Shown here in pieces: positions 1-13,282 of a stretch of DNA of 64,000 nucleotides. The DNA comes from Octopus bimaculoides (taxonomy: Eukaryota): positions 37,272,466 to 37,336,465 of the forward strand of contig NC_068982.1 of assembly GCF_001194135.2 (NCBI RefSeq), in the 5' to 3' direction. Under the pieces are notes generated by a model. The model was not told where the DNA came from and did not search any database. It saw only the letters and a list, made by a program, of their open reading frames with translations. The stretch's first letter is position 1. The number at the start of each line of letters is the position of its first letter. A program made the position numbers and the translations under genes.

Positions 1-304
1 CCTATGCTCATCATTCTAATATTGTATAATCCACAGAAAGCAAACATGATGTAAAAAGATTCTCTATTTTTGTTGTTGTTATATCTATCTACTGCTAGAA
101 CTGATGCTTGCCTAGAAAATGTTGGATTGACTACTGTATTACAGCAGCAGCAACAGCGTCTTCAACATGTACAACATTTCTGCCTCATTTTATCGGGGAA
201 AAAAATCTGTCTCCATTTAGCTGTTGCTATTACTGTCCGTGTGATTGCATTAAGTCCTTGCTTTCACAACAAGCACTACTCCTGTTACCAGACCTGTTGT
301 TGCT

Positions 305-361
305 ATACATATATATATTGAGAGAGAGAGAGAGAGAGAGAGATAAATATATATATATATA
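305..361. repeat. Compound (TA)n-(GA)n-(TA)n microsatellite in the putative 5' UTR region
   Basis: Directly visible. Confidence 0.95.
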
Positions 362-507
362 CATAGAACAGTTACAGATCACTCCCCACCTACATTATCC
401 TTCTTGTCATCATCATCATCTGGTTGTTGTGAGGAATGGTTCTATTAGGTTGGCTAACCCATTGACGACGACTACGACTATCATGAGAGGTGCTCGGCCT
501 GGCTGGT

Positions 508-612
508 ATGAAGAGGCATGGTCGCTATGGAGGTGGGAGGCCATCCTACCCTCTATTGTACAGATACCTGTACCTGCGGGCACGGCTTCAGTCACTGATA
601 TATGCCAGGCAG
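508..612 (+). CDS. Putative first coding exon of an unidentified host gene (MKRHGRYGGGRPSYPLLYRYLYLRARLQSLIYARQ), phase-0 donor
   Basis: GC/CpG-rich island in an AT-rich background. ATG at 508, CAG|GTAGGT donor at 612/613 (alternative GTAAAA at 617). Three CpGs fall at Arg codon positions 1-2 in this frame. An alternative frame from ATG 483 (MRGARPGWYEEAW...) cannot be excluded. Product not recognised. Confidence 0.4.
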
Positions 613-3600
613 GTAGGTAAAAGTTGTCATCCTCCATTTCTTTCTATATCTTGTCTTGTTGTGTTCTGTCTATTGCATAATGTATATAATTCCTACATTT
701 GACCGACAAGGTAACATCTCAACCACTCTCAGCATTCGAAATTTGCACCTACACATATGTGTAGACATGTGCATGCACAATTGTATAAGTATATATGTAT
801 GTGTGTGTGTGTGTCTGCTCATGCATACACACACATGCTGCACACAGATTTGAGTACAACATAAATATACTCTCTTCTCATGCACATACATACTCTAACC
901 ATATTGATTGCCAGTTTGGTTGTATTTTTATTTGTTTTTATATACAGTTGTTTCTTGACAATACTTTAAATTCAGTATATCAGACTGACCAAACTCGTGT
1001 AGATGGCTTTATGCCATTCACTGTACCACTAACCTTATTTACTATTATAAGACAAACTTTTAGGCTTTCAAATTTGTTTATCTATTCGAAGCTAAAATTT
1101 TGTATAATATACACTTCAAAATTTTACATAACTTTTTATATAGATTTTTTTCTTAAAGTTATCTTATTTTAGCTTTCTTTAATATTTTTTCATTACTGTT
1201 ATTGACTTCTGTCCATTAAAATTTCTCTTCATTGTAAATATCTCACAATGTTATGTGATGTAAATGAATTATTTTGATAGTTCTATCAAAAGAAAACAGA
1301 TTTCATGCTCTTGTGACATCACCGTCAATGTAAATATTTAATGTTAATTTCATCTAACTTTGACAAACTTTAGATTAATATTAAAATAATAATTTTTTAC
1401 TTTTTCCAATTTCTACTCTTCTGTTTTTTTTTGTTTGAATATTTTGGGTTTATATTTATTTATATTTTTTTGTTTTTCCCCACTTCTTCTTAAGTTACTT
1501 TTAATTATTTATTATTTATGCTGTGAAAAATTAAAGCAATAACTATTTTAAAAAAGAATTTGTTCATCTTTTCAATAATAAATCTCATACCTCAAAAACA
1601 GGAAAACAACTCATGCAGGTTAAAAGTAGCAGTTTAGTTTTGGATTTCAAAGTCATTTTGAAAAATATTTAAATGTGTATAAGTTGCAAAAGATAAACTA
1701 AACAGTTTGTTTTTAACTAGTTATTTAATAGAATGTTCTTCTACCATGATTTTTGTAACATATTCTGTCTAAGTTGTTAGTTGCATATAAGTTATTATTC
1801 TATATAAGGAATAAATTATTTAACACCTTCGATAGCCTTGGACTTCATATATTTCTATTTTATTTTAAATTCCTCTTTATATTACATAATAAACTTTATT
1901 TTTTATCATTAGATAAGAATGTTGTACTGAAATCATTTTCTTGTTGTTATTTCAAACTGAACATTTTTTTCAAAGGTTAAGTTATTTGTTAAACAATCAT
2001 ACCATTCCATTGTCTCTTTTATTGTTGTCCTCCAACCAAAAGAAAACAAAATTTCTTTTTGATTTTTATTTTGGACTGCTAAATTCATTAGCCATATTTT
2101 TTTATAGAGTTGTTACAATTTCAGTGTGTGTGTGTGTGCGTGTACACATGTGCACGTGTATGTCTGTGTGTGCGTATGTGGTGGTGGTAGTGAGAAACAA
2201 TTCTTTTACAACTAAAGACAATATCTAAACCTAACAACTCAACTATGAAATAGCATTATTTTAAGATTATCTGAAATAAGTAATCTTTGCTTAGCATGCA
2301 ACACAATACCTAAGTCAACACTGTAACCATTTAGCCACTTGTTTAGAACTAAGCTACCACTAGCTCCCTGCTAATATACTTTGAAATCAAACTTTTCTAA
2401 TTTTTCCTCTGAACTAGAATTTCTACTTATGTCATTTCATTTTGAATGTGACTAACTTTATTTCATTTTATTTTATTTTATTGNNNNNNNNNNGGTCTGT
2501 ATGTTCTCCTTGTCTTCTTTCATCTCTACAGTTATTGCTTTGTAAATGCCTTTTTTTTATCTCTATTGAAAATTTTAAGAAAATAGTTATCTATTTTCTT
2601 TATTAAATTAAAAAGAAAATACTAACTTGATACAAAGCTGTTCTCTATTTTTAACAGCTAAACAATTGAGTCTCTTTATAGTTGTCACTCTGTTTAAATT
2701 AGAAAGAAAACCTCTCAATTCACACCTTAGTTTCTTAAAAAAAAAAAGCAAGAACACATTTTGTCATGCCTGTTCAGTCAGGACTGAGTTGGGGTTAAAC
2801 AACTATTTTAATCTCCTTTAAAAAAAAAACTTATTCCAACTGCCATGCTTACTAACATACATGAATCGCTGTGTTCCATGTTAATCTATGCATGATTACA
2901 ATAGAGAATCTGTTGGGAGATGCACTCCTGTCATTGCAAAAAAAATACCCCCTTTTTTTTTTTGTTCTACTGTTGCATCCTTTCTCTTTATTGTCAGTGT
3001 TTCATAATTAAAACCAATTCACTGATATCTACTTTATACTTCATCAATTGTATTGTTTGCCTATCATTCTCTTTTTGTCTTATTATTTGTTGTTTTCAAT
3101 CTCTATAAAAGCAAACTATTAATTTTGTCTTACTTTCTTTTATCATTCAGAATGATTTCATTGCGACTGTCCTTCATTGTTCATTAATTGATGATTCATT
3201 TTCAAAGTATTGTGTAACTCTTCCATTCACACTTTCAATAATTTCAGAATAGTTCTTTAATATAACCAACTGATAAAGTCTATTCCAGTAATTTGTTAAT
3301 TAGCTTGTTTGTAAACTATTTGCATAATAATAATCATTTTCTTTGGTTTTCCTAAGTTCAAAAAATTAATTTTGTATTTCAAATTATTTTAGATAATTGG
3401 CCAAACTCATTCTATTTTCTTAATTTTTTTTCAATTAATGCATAACTTTATTAGTTGCTGCATGATTGTACATTAAGCTCACACAAAGAGAATAAGATTT
3501 GAAGTTTTAGTTGAAGCTTAATTGCAGCCTCATTTTCTTAATCTTTTGAATGTGTGTATACAGGGAAAATAAATGTAACACATGTGCAAAATACTTGCAT

Positions 3601-4044
3601 ATCCAATATTTAATTTGTGCTGTTGATAAATTCTATTGAATATTTACTCAGTACTAATGAAGAATAACATTATCATTACATTTAGGCACAAAACATACTG
3701 TCCAACTTGATTGTTTCTTGTAGCCCTCTGTTTAAAACAATTGTAATTAGACAAAACATATGTTGACAGTTTTAATATCCACTTTTATGAGAAGAGTATA
3801 AATAAAAGTTTGATTTCTTAAAGTGACAACTATTAAAGTATCCATACCTGTCTTATGAGTGGAAACAAACTGAAACTAGCCTTAGGTTCTGTTATAGCAG
3901 TTTCTTCAATGAAAATGCTCATCTGTTTTGATGTTTAATGTTATAATCTCTTTCTATTATCTGTTCTTGTTTTGGCTTTGTGCCTTAGTATGTTGTTACT
4001 ACTGCTACTGCTGCTGGATTGACAAATTTCATTAGAGTTTCAAA

Positions 4045-4140
4045 AAATACCTTGCAGCGTTTCTTTCAGTTTCTTACATCTAAGTTCAAATCCTGCCAAA
4101 GTCAACTTTGCCTTTCTTCCTTCCAGAGTTGATAGTATTC
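4045..4140 (+). mobile_element. Degenerate SINE fragment (type B, core ...gtcaactttgcctttc..cctt...)
   Basis: Shares the aagttcaaatcctgcc-aagtcaactttgcctttc core with better copies at 4391 and 27053. Confidence 0.6.
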
Positions 4141-4189
4141 ACTAATTTCATCCTTTTAAATTGTTGGCTTTGTATCTAAATTTGAAACA

Positions 4190-4190
<1 letters not shown>

Positions 4191-4226
<36 letters not shown>
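4191..4226. repeat. (TTA)n microsatellite / SINE tail
   Basis: Directly visible. Confidence 0.9.
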
Positions 4227-4227
<1 letters not shown>

Positions 4228-4228
4228 G

Positions 4229-4390
4229 AAGGTGGTGAGCTGGCAGAATCATTAGCACACCAGGTGAATTGTTTAGTGGCATTTTGTTCATCTTCATGTT
4301 CTGAGTTCAGATTCTGCTTAGGTCTACTTTGCCTTTCATCTTTTAAAGGTCAATAAAATTGACCAGTTGAGTACTGGGGTTGATGTATCA
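4229..4390 (+). mobile_element. SINE type B, 3'-truncated by the next copy
   Basis: aaggtggtgagctggcagaatcattagc head and tctgagttca...ctttgcctttcatc core; same family as the adjacent copy. Confidence 0.85.
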
Positions 4391-4620
4391 AGGTGGTGAG
4401 CTAGCAGAATCGTTAGCATGCCAGGTGAAATGCTTAGCAGTATTTTGTCTGCCTTGACATTCTGAGTTCAATTTCCACTGAGGTCGACACTTTGCCTTTC
4501 GTCCTTTCAGGGTTGATAAAATAAGTACCAGTTGAATCACTGGGGTCAATGTAATCGACTCATCCCCTCTCCCCAAAATTGCTGCTCTTTTGGCAAAATT
4601 TGAAACCATTATTATTATTA
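4391..4620 (+). mobile_element. SINE type B, full length with (TTA)n tail
   Basis: Head ggtgagctagcagaatcgttagc, B-box-like gagttcaatttcc, core gaggtcgac..tttgcctttcgtcctttcagggttgataaaataagtacc, tail gaaaccattattatt. Confidence 0.9.
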
Positions 4621-4831
4621 TTTATTTATTGCCTACAGGGGGCTAAACATAGAGGGGACAAACAAGGACAGCCAAAGGGATTACATTGACCCCAGTGCGT
4701 AACTGGTACTTATTTAATCGACCCTGAAAGGATGAAAAGCACAGTTAACCTCAGCAGAATTTGAACTCAGGACGTTACAGCAGACAAAATACTGCTAAGT
4801 ATTTCACCCAGTGTGCTAATGTTTCTGCCAG
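4621..4831 (-). mobile_element. SINE type B (variant tail), inverted relative to the preceding copy
   Basis: Reverse complement aligns with 4401-4556 at roughly 80% identity by eye. Confidence 0.9.
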
Positions 4832-4837
4832 ATATAA

Positions 4838-5000
4838 TTTTTAGTGGTATTTCATCTATCTTTATATTCTAAGATCAAATGCTGCCATGGTCAACTTTGC
4901 CTTTCATCTTTCAGGGTGAAAATAAGTGCTAGTTGATCACTGGGTTCAATGTAATCAATAGGTCTTGTGCTTATAATACAGAAAATTATTATTATTATTA
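4838..5000 (+). mobile_element. SINE type B, 5'-truncated
   Basis: Core ggtcaactttgcctttcatctttcaggg..aataagt, ending in (TTA)n. Confidence 0.75.
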
Positions 5001-8000
5001 GCACTGACACATCACCAGAGACTGGGTCCTTAGTTTTGAATGTGTCACATTCTGATCATAGCATCTTTTAATTTCTTTTTAGGACCTCCTTTAACTGTTT
5101 CACCTTATAGTGTAAAAGCACTTTTTTTTTCCATGCTAGAATAGAAAATCTTTGCATGTGAGGCATATCTTTAACAACTGACGAATGCTTATTGATATGA
5201 AATGAAAAATAAGAACCAGACAAATACTTTTTAAAAGATTGAGAAATTCAAGTAACTTTCACATATGCATTGATCTTAATATCTTAAAGAAATTTGTATT
5301 GTAAGGGTGAGGGGATTTGAAAATTTAATGATAAAATTTTAATTAAATAGTTACAATTCGTACTTGTTTCTCTAAGTTATATTCCTAAACTGCAGTTATC
5401 ATTTCATCAAGACTAATTCATTTTTATGCACATTTGTGGAATATGCAAATCTGTTCAAGCAACACACCAAACTAAAGACCCTTTTAAGAGCAAGTTGCTA
5501 ATATTTGTCCATTTAGAAGAGCAGTGGTTGGCAAAAATAATGACACTAGAATAAATTTTTGCCTAGTTTAGTTTACATCTCTTTAAATATTTTAGTTAGC
5601 TCCTACTGGAGCTGAACTTCTGAGGTCAGTAAAATAAAGACATTCATACATGGCTTCAATTCAATTAGCTATACTCCTCCCTTTATGTCAAAGTAAGAAT
5701 TCGCTATTCGTTCACCTTTTTTTTACTTGCAAAATCCCTTTTTGAAACTATTAGAATTTAGTGAATATGAAATTTATGGATAAAGGAGGTTATGTCATTG
5801 ATATCATATTTTTTCAGCAAAAGTAGATTCACTTTGTCTCTTGCTTTTTGGTTACTTTGTTCAGATATTAGTAAATATTTCATTCATTTATCAGAAACAA
5901 TTGTATATATTACCATCATCAGTATTATTTAATTTATAGTGTTATCCTTTACACTAAATTTGTTGTAATTGTATGAATTTTCACTTCACCTTCCTCATTC
6001 TGCAAATTTTGTTTTTGTTTTCTAAGCTCTCTTTAATTTTTATTTCTTTTTCTTTAAAAACTTGGCATAATTTGTTGTAGATAATTTTGAAAGGAACTGT
6101 TTTGCAATTGTATTTATTATGTACTTAAGGCAAGTCGGCCCTGCAAAGTCTGTCCCTTTTGGCTGCAACCAGACTTATAGAATCAAAACATAGAACTGAA
6201 ACCAGATTGTAGACTTGGTATGCTAAAAACTTACCAAGGTAAATAGTGCTGGCTTACATACATGTATGCATGTAGTGCAAAGTGTTCATATGTATGTATA
6301 CATAAACATTGATGTATGTGTGTGATTACAGAGGCTATCATCTAAAATATATCAAAATAATAGTTTAACAATTTCTTTTTTCCCATTGTAGCAAAGGGTT
6401 ATTCATACCCATTCAACATTACACACATTTCTTGACTATCTCTCTTTTCAGTCATTGACCTAACTTGAATCGCTTTTTATATTATTCAGTTCTTAACATT
6501 TATTTAGCAAATTTTTCAATGTACCATACCACTATAATTTCTATTCCTTTTTTCTAGAGGTTACTTTTATTCTGATTATTTCAGTACTTATTTACAGTGT
6601 GCTAGATCATTTTCAACTTTTTATACTTATATTTCACTCATGTTGTATGTACTACTGAATTCATAACATTCAAAACCATACATTTTAGAAATATTACATC
6701 ATAATTAACTTGTGTTAGTCAAAATTCAAAGCTTTGAAGTTAATCAGGATGCATTTAAAGTGTTTGTGTGTGCTCTGCTCATCCCTGGCAGGCATCAATT
6801 TAACTAGAACCATGCTTGTGGCAAATAAATCAACAGAATAGGGACTCAAGCATTGTTAAAGCTTCATCAAAGTCTGAACCAGTGAGCTGTCAGTTTGTGA
6901 AAGAATGCATTTAAACAAGAATGAGCTCCTCTATTGCCTAAAGCTAAACATTCTTCCACCTTAGTGAATGTTAATTTTCACTTTTTATATTTAAGGAAAT
7001 ATGAAATCTTTTGTGAGCAAATATAATTACTATTAAGCATGAAAGGAGAATTTTTTTTTTTTTCTATTTTTTAATATCATTTTATTAGAAGTCTTTATAT
7101 ATTCTGTAAAAGAAGTTCCATATTTTCTGGTAAACATCACAGCTTTTGTGGTTGATTTTATTATTTGAGAAATTGATTAAACTTCTAGGAACATCTGAAG
7201 AATCCTTGATTCTGTTCTTAGGCCATATTCTCAGGTTTAGTGACCATAGTAAATACCCATATGTTTTGCAATCAGAATAATAGCTATGCAGTGTGTGAAC
7301 ATTTTATTAACAGAAACCTTGTTTATTTAAAAGATTTTAAATATTTCATTATTGAAAATAAATTTCCATAGAAAGAAATTTTTTTATCGCTTTTATCATA
7401 AATTGCTGATTAGCCTATGTCTATTTATGTTACTGTTCAATGCTTAGGTAATGGAAGCAAAAGTTTTTATTTGACCAAGATGTTTTGAAAAAAAATTTAT
7501 TTTTTGCTTTTCATTTAATCATTTGAATGATTTATATATAGTTGATAAGGTCTTTATTAGTTTATGAAAATTATTTCCATATTTCATTTTTAACACCTAT
7601 CTTGCTAAATCCTATAAAAGCTTCTTGTTGAAGAGCTTCAAATTCAATTGAAATTAACTCGAGATAATTAAACTATGACATTTGATAAGCTAATATGTCT
7701 CAAAGAAGTCCACTGTTACCTCAGGCCATGCATTACCATTGACACGATTCTTGTCTTTAATAGATTTAATAGACACTTTCTTTCAAATTCTGAAATTGCA
7801 GGTGCTAAATTTAAATTTCTGAGCACGATGTTGATATTATTATAAAATATCACAGCTAAAAGTAATTAGATTTGTTTTCAATATGGAAGTTAATCTAAAT
7901 AAATAAATAAAGTGTAAAATTTAACTTTCTCTTTCCATTTAACTATATTTCAGATTTTCCTTTTAGGTTTGATATTTCACTGCCTGGGATATGTTAGAAT

Positions 8001-8503
8001 GAATATCTACAGGAAATAAAACAAAGTATATGATGGTTTCAGTAACAGAATTTAATTTGACACTTTGCATTAACCATAATTTTATTGCTGACAAGCTTAT
8101 TCTTGTATTGGGATACAGTTTACAATATTGATTATAGAAAAAAAAAATAGTTCTGATATCCACCTCCTCTCTAATCATTTTCTCTTTTTCAATGGGCTTC
8201 CATACTTGTTGAGGAATTTTTCATGCCAAATTTTATATTGAAATGTTATTCTTGACATTGATCTTCTCATTAGTTGGCTTTTATGTATCATTGAGAAACT
8301 TTCACTTACACAATAAGTGCTTGCAGCTCTTGCTTATGTCTCAAAATTTTTTTGCACCTTACCAACATGGCATGATGCTGCTTAATTAATTTTGGTACTT
8401 TCATTAAATGTAATGAGCAATTGGATTTATTTTATGTACATTGTTTCAAAACAGTCAACAAAACATCTATCTAGTTTATGAACTAGTAATGTTAGACAAA
8501 CTA

Positions 8504-8506
<3 letters not shown>

Positions 8507-8596
<90 letters not shown>
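8507..8596. repeat. (TC)n microsatellite, about 90 bp
   Basis: Directly visible. Confidence 0.98.
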
Positions 8597-8600
<4 letters not shown>

Positions 8601-9029
8601 TCAATGGTTTCATTAATATAATATCAATTTGGATGTTTGCAAATGGATTGTTGGAAGTTGGAACAAGTATTTTTACAACTAAAGTCTATCCCTATTTCTA
8701 ATCACTTAAGCATATAGTGGAAATGGTAACTATTTTGGTTTGGCAGACGAAAGAGAATGCGAGAATGCAAAACTTAACCTTGTCTAGGGCCATATTGATG
8801 AAGTAATGTTTGACTTCATTACATTTACAGTTAATAGCCTAGCAACTTAGACTTAAAGCCTCGAGTATTTCAGTTTCAAAATAAAATTAGTTCAGAAAAG
8901 AATAACTACCATTTTTTTTTTTTTAGATAAACCAACACTTCTCAACCATTTTTTTTTTTTTTTACCTATGGACCCTTTTGATTCTTATTTTACTTGAATA
9001 TACCCTCTTAGCCATTTGATGTTTAAAAA

Positions 9030-9250
9030 ATCCCATGTCACATAAAAGCACCCATTACACACTCAGGGTGGCTGGCATTAGGAAGGGCATCCAACCATAG
9101 AAACTATGCCAAATCAAATTGGGGTCTTGTGCAGCCTTCCAGCTTGCCAGCCCTGATCAAACCATCCAACCCATGCCAGCATGACATCATCATCATTGTT
9201 TAACATCTGCCTTCCATGCTGGCATAATGGTGATGATGTTGATGATGATA
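9030..9250 (+). mobile_element. SINE type C 3' part with inverted (fold-back) tail
   Basis: ggcattaggaagggcatccaaccatagaaac core and ccaacccatgccagcatg tail, shared with 21760, 23955 and 50170. Confidence 0.8.
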
Positions 9251-9844
9251 GATTAAATATTGTTAGAAATTGTATTTAAAAAAATTGTTAAAACATTTTG
9301 TATATTGTAGAAGTATAACTGATTTATTACAGATAAATTTTGATAAGAATATCTTACATGGACACCATTTGAGAACCACTGATATAAACTAAATGAAAAC
9401 TAATTTTTGATAGCAAGATTTCAAACTATTCAATTGAATAAAGAAGAAACTGGAAACAATGCATGAAACCATATATCTATCAACTTGAGCTAATATTTAG
9501 ATGTTCCAGTTCATTTTAGTGTGTAAGTCAGTTTCTGACTGCATTGATGGAATGTAATCATATTCTTTCTATCTTGATTTAATTATAAACATTCATGAAA
9601 ATATCAACAGATTATCTGTGTCTGAAGTATTTTGTTGTGAGCTTTTCCATGTATCAAAATAACTATTAATTTTAGTGTTTTTTGTAACAATGCAGAGGAG
9701 GCAGGAATGTATTAAAGTGAATCTATTCTGATGAGACATTTCACAATCCTTTTCCAAAGAATTCAGTTACTTTTAATTTCAAAAATGATAATGTATGTTA
9801 GTTCATAACCATTGTTTTCACTGCCTATTCTTGTAGGAAATTTG

Positions 9845-10235
9845 ACAGGCATAGCTGTGTGGTAAGAAGCTTGCTTCCCAACCACATGGTTCTGGGCTCA
9901 GTCCCACTGTATGACACCTTGGGCAAGTGTCTTATACTATAGCCTTGGGCCAACCAAAGCCCTGTTAGTGGATTTGGTCGACAGAAACTGAAAAAGCCCA
10001 TCATGTGTGTGTGTGCATGTCTTTGTGTCTGTGTTTATCCCCATCACGACTTGACAACCAGTGTTGGTGTGTTTATGTCCCTGTTACTTTGCAATTTGGC
10101 AAAAAAGATACTGATAGAATAATTATCAGACTTTACAAAAAAATAAGTCCTGGGGTCAATTCATTTGACTAAAAATTCTTCAAGGTCCTGCCCTAGAATG
10201 GCCACAGTCTGATGATTGAAACAAGTAAAATAAAG
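9845..10235 (+). mobile_element. tRNA-derived SINE type A, full length
   Basis: A-box-like tagctgtgtggt, B-box-like gggctcagtccc, then caccttgggcaagtgtctt, a (TG)n linker and tail gaaacaagtaaaataaa. Confidence 0.9.
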
Positions 10236-12011
10236 TTAAATATTTTTTTAAAAGGTTGTTTTTTGGGGGTTTTTTTTGTAATCTTTTTGATTCTGACCAT
10301 GCCTATCTCATTTCTCAGAAAATGCTCTCTTCATTCAACATTTTCTACCAATTATTGAACTCTATTTTAATTTTGGTAGGGTTTTTTCCCCAAAAATTAA
10401 GCAAATGCTTTTTCTGATTCTGTATGGCTATGAAAGATTGACATTTTCATCTTAACCAAAAGTTTCAATTACTTTCATTCAGTTGTGCATTTCCATACTT
10501 CAGATCTCTGCAGTTGAATATGAAGGAACATAAACAATTTATGACAAATGCCATTAACCTATTTAATATTTCACTTTAGTAGAATACACACAAAGTTTGG
10601 TTTATTTATATCAGTATATTTACCTCTTGTAAAAGCATGATGTCTATTGTAAGATGGTTGGAAACTCAGAGAATTGCTTCACTGATAGTGGTAAAGGATT
10701 CTCTCTTCATACAAAATGCATTTTATATGCTGCCTGTGTCAGAAACGTTATCCAACATGATATTGCAGTTTGAACAATAAATTTAGGGATAAATAACAAT
10801 TAGAGAGAAACCAGCTGCTGCGATATACTGAATGCAACATGAATACATTGGGAATAGTAATGTACATTTTTCTGTTATTAATCTCTTATTATTTAGATTG
10901 AACGTTATTATTTTTACTCAATCTACTGGTGCACATTACAGCCTCATAGCCTAATACAAAAAAATATGATAAGCATATTAAACTGCTGGTTAAAATATTC
11001 AGATTTAACTTCTCTGTTATGTTCATATGTTGCTAATAAAGAGTTTAAGCTTTAATGACCCCAGAAAAATGTCCTTTACAAGATTGAATTACATGGAAAA
11101 TTGCAGAAAATTATATTTTTTGTTTGTTTGTTTTGGGGGTGGGAGTTGTGTTTGTTAACTTTGCAAATGATAATTTTTACTTTAACTTTTTGGAGCCATT
11201 ACTTTCTAGCTGAATACTCTTCTTATTGAAAACCTCTCAACTATGATATAGAGTAGTACTTATTTTCCACTAAATTGAGTCACAATCAGTCACACTTAAT
11301 TTTTAGAGCATATCATAATGATTTCCTTGATGTCTAGAACACTATATCCTACAATGAATAATTGTTTCTTTAATAACAAGACTTAATTCTTTTCTGTCAT
11401 TTTTACCTTGATATTAAATAGAAAGTTTGTCTAAATGGTTAGCTTGCAATGGACCACTGTAAATCCCAGTGTTGAGAACACTACTTTTTCCCTAAAATAT
11501 GTCTTGAGAATTTAAAATACTTCCTAGAGGACAAAGGTTATGTTTCTCAGAAACAAATTTTAACCCCTTTGGAGATTTGTCTCTGCTAAACTTAACATAC
11601 CTTTGTACTGAAAAAAAAAATGAAAGAATGCAAACTATAAATGATCAACATAATCGATAGTTGCTAAGTCACTAACAAAACATCTCATTAAAGTAAGAGA
11701 CATTGTTTTATGTTTATCTTTTTATTTCCTCCCAAAACTTTCAAGCCAAAATTAAGATAAATTACTGGGAAATACAGTAATTTATCTTAAATGTTGTCAT
11801 TGGATGAAGCTTTAATTATAGAAATTCAATGACTTATCTTTCTTAAGCAAACAAAATAATGCTCTGAATCAACTTTCCTTTGTACCTATTCACCTAGTAA
11901 TTGTTTATAGTTATATAAACACATGCACATATGTATTTTATGAAAATTCAATTGTTCATACTAACTGAAACACAGCCTATAAGACAGTTTACTGCTAGTT
12001 TATGTGATGTG

Positions 12012-12043
<32 letters not shown>

Positions 12044-12222
12044 NNNNNNNNNNNNNNNNNNNNNNNNNNNNNNNNNNNNNNNNNNNNNNNNNNNNNNNNN
12101 NNNNNNNNNNNNNNNNNNNNNNNNNNNNNNNNNNNNNNNNNNNNNNNNNNNNNNNNNNNNNNNNNNNNNNNNNNNNNNNNNNNNNNNNNNNNNNNNNNNN
12201 NNNNNNNNNNNNNNNNNNNNNN
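12044..12222. other. Assembly gap (others: 2484-2493, 18093-18722, 28261-28292, 48069-48106, 58017-58118)
   Basis: N runs, mostly bounded by microsatellites. Confidence 1.
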
Positions 12223-12384
12223 GTTGAAATTTATAGAAAAGCAAAAGACAAGGACAGGTGTATGAACAACAAGCAAGTGTATTAGTTTGATGCTTAGGTA
12301 AAAATTAAAAAGTCTTTTACATTTCAAGCCTATGCTGTTTAACAGAAAGGAATAAGGGGGAAAAAAAAATATATATATATATAT

Positions 12385-12560
12385 CATCATCATCATCATC
12401 ATCGCTGTTTAACGTCTATCATCTTTGCATGCATGGGTAGAATGGTTGACAGGAGCTGGCCAGGTAGAAAAACTACCCTGGGCTACTGTGTATGTTTTAG
12501 TGGGGTTTTTTTATGTCTGGATGCCCTTCATAACACCAACAACTTTGCAGAGTGACTCAC
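12385..12560 (-). mobile_element. SINE type C 3' part
   Basis: (cat)n-gtttaacgtc...gcatgggt...tggatgcccttcataacaccaac is the reverse complement of the type C tail and core. Confidence 0.75.
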
Positions 12561-12586
12561 TGCTCTATATATATATATATATATAT

Positions 12587-12980
12587 CATTGTCATCATCA
12601 TCTTAATATCCCTTTTCCATGTTTGCATAAGTCAAATAGAGTTTATTTCAGTTGATTTTCTATGACCAGATACCCTTCCTGTTGCCAACCCTCACATTTC
12701 CAAGCAAGATAATATTTCTTCATTGCCAGACAGGTTTTCACAAAATATTGGAAATGAAAGACACAGCTCATATGACAGTGACAGTCTTTTACTACTATCA
12801 AACAATGTCAAGACATGGAGATACAAGCATACTCACATTCACACACCATATATGTACAACAGGCTTCTTTCAATTTCCTTTTGCCAAACCCACTCACTTT
12901 GTCCAAGGTACTATGCAGTGTGACTGAGCCCAAAACCATGTGGTGTGAAGCAAACTTCTTAACCACAAAGCTATTTCTTA
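12587..12980 (-). mobile_element. SINE with type A tRNA head and type C-like tail
   Basis: Reverse complement of the head (gtccaaggtactatgcagtgtgactgagccc..accatgtgg..aagcaaacttcttaaccac) at 12900-12970; colinear with 27480-27867. Confidence 0.8.
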
Positions 12981-13016
12981 TCCCTATAAGCCATGATTCC
13001 ACCTATAAACATGTCT

Positions 13017-13038
13017 GTGTGTATATATATATATATAT

Positions 13039-13096
<58 letters not shown>
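13017..13096. repeat. (TA)n(GATA)n compound microsatellite
   Basis: Directly visible. Confidence 0.97.
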
Positions 13097-13282
13097 GTGT
13101 GTATGTATATGTATAATGTTTCACTAGCAAATATTAGTATGTTGTGCTGTAATTGTTATGTAATCAATTACATTGAAAACCCATGTCTTCTGAGGAAAAT
13201 AATAATTTAATCCCTAGTTATTTACCAACCTTTGTTGGTTGATACATACATACATACAAACACATGTATATACACATACATA

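Noticed and set aside
108-620. 170-aa ORF in the supplied track
   Set aside because: It runs through (TA)n/(GA)n microsatellites; only the 3' part (483/508-612) looks exon-like.
5178-5202. CTGACGA..GAAA hammerhead-like core
   Set aside because: Stem II is poor, and no stem III, cleavage triplet or stem I partner is present; at most a very old relic.
11948-12402. ORFs spanning N runs (also 18054-18871, 28188-28403, 57923-58282)
   Set aside because: Artefacts of gaps.
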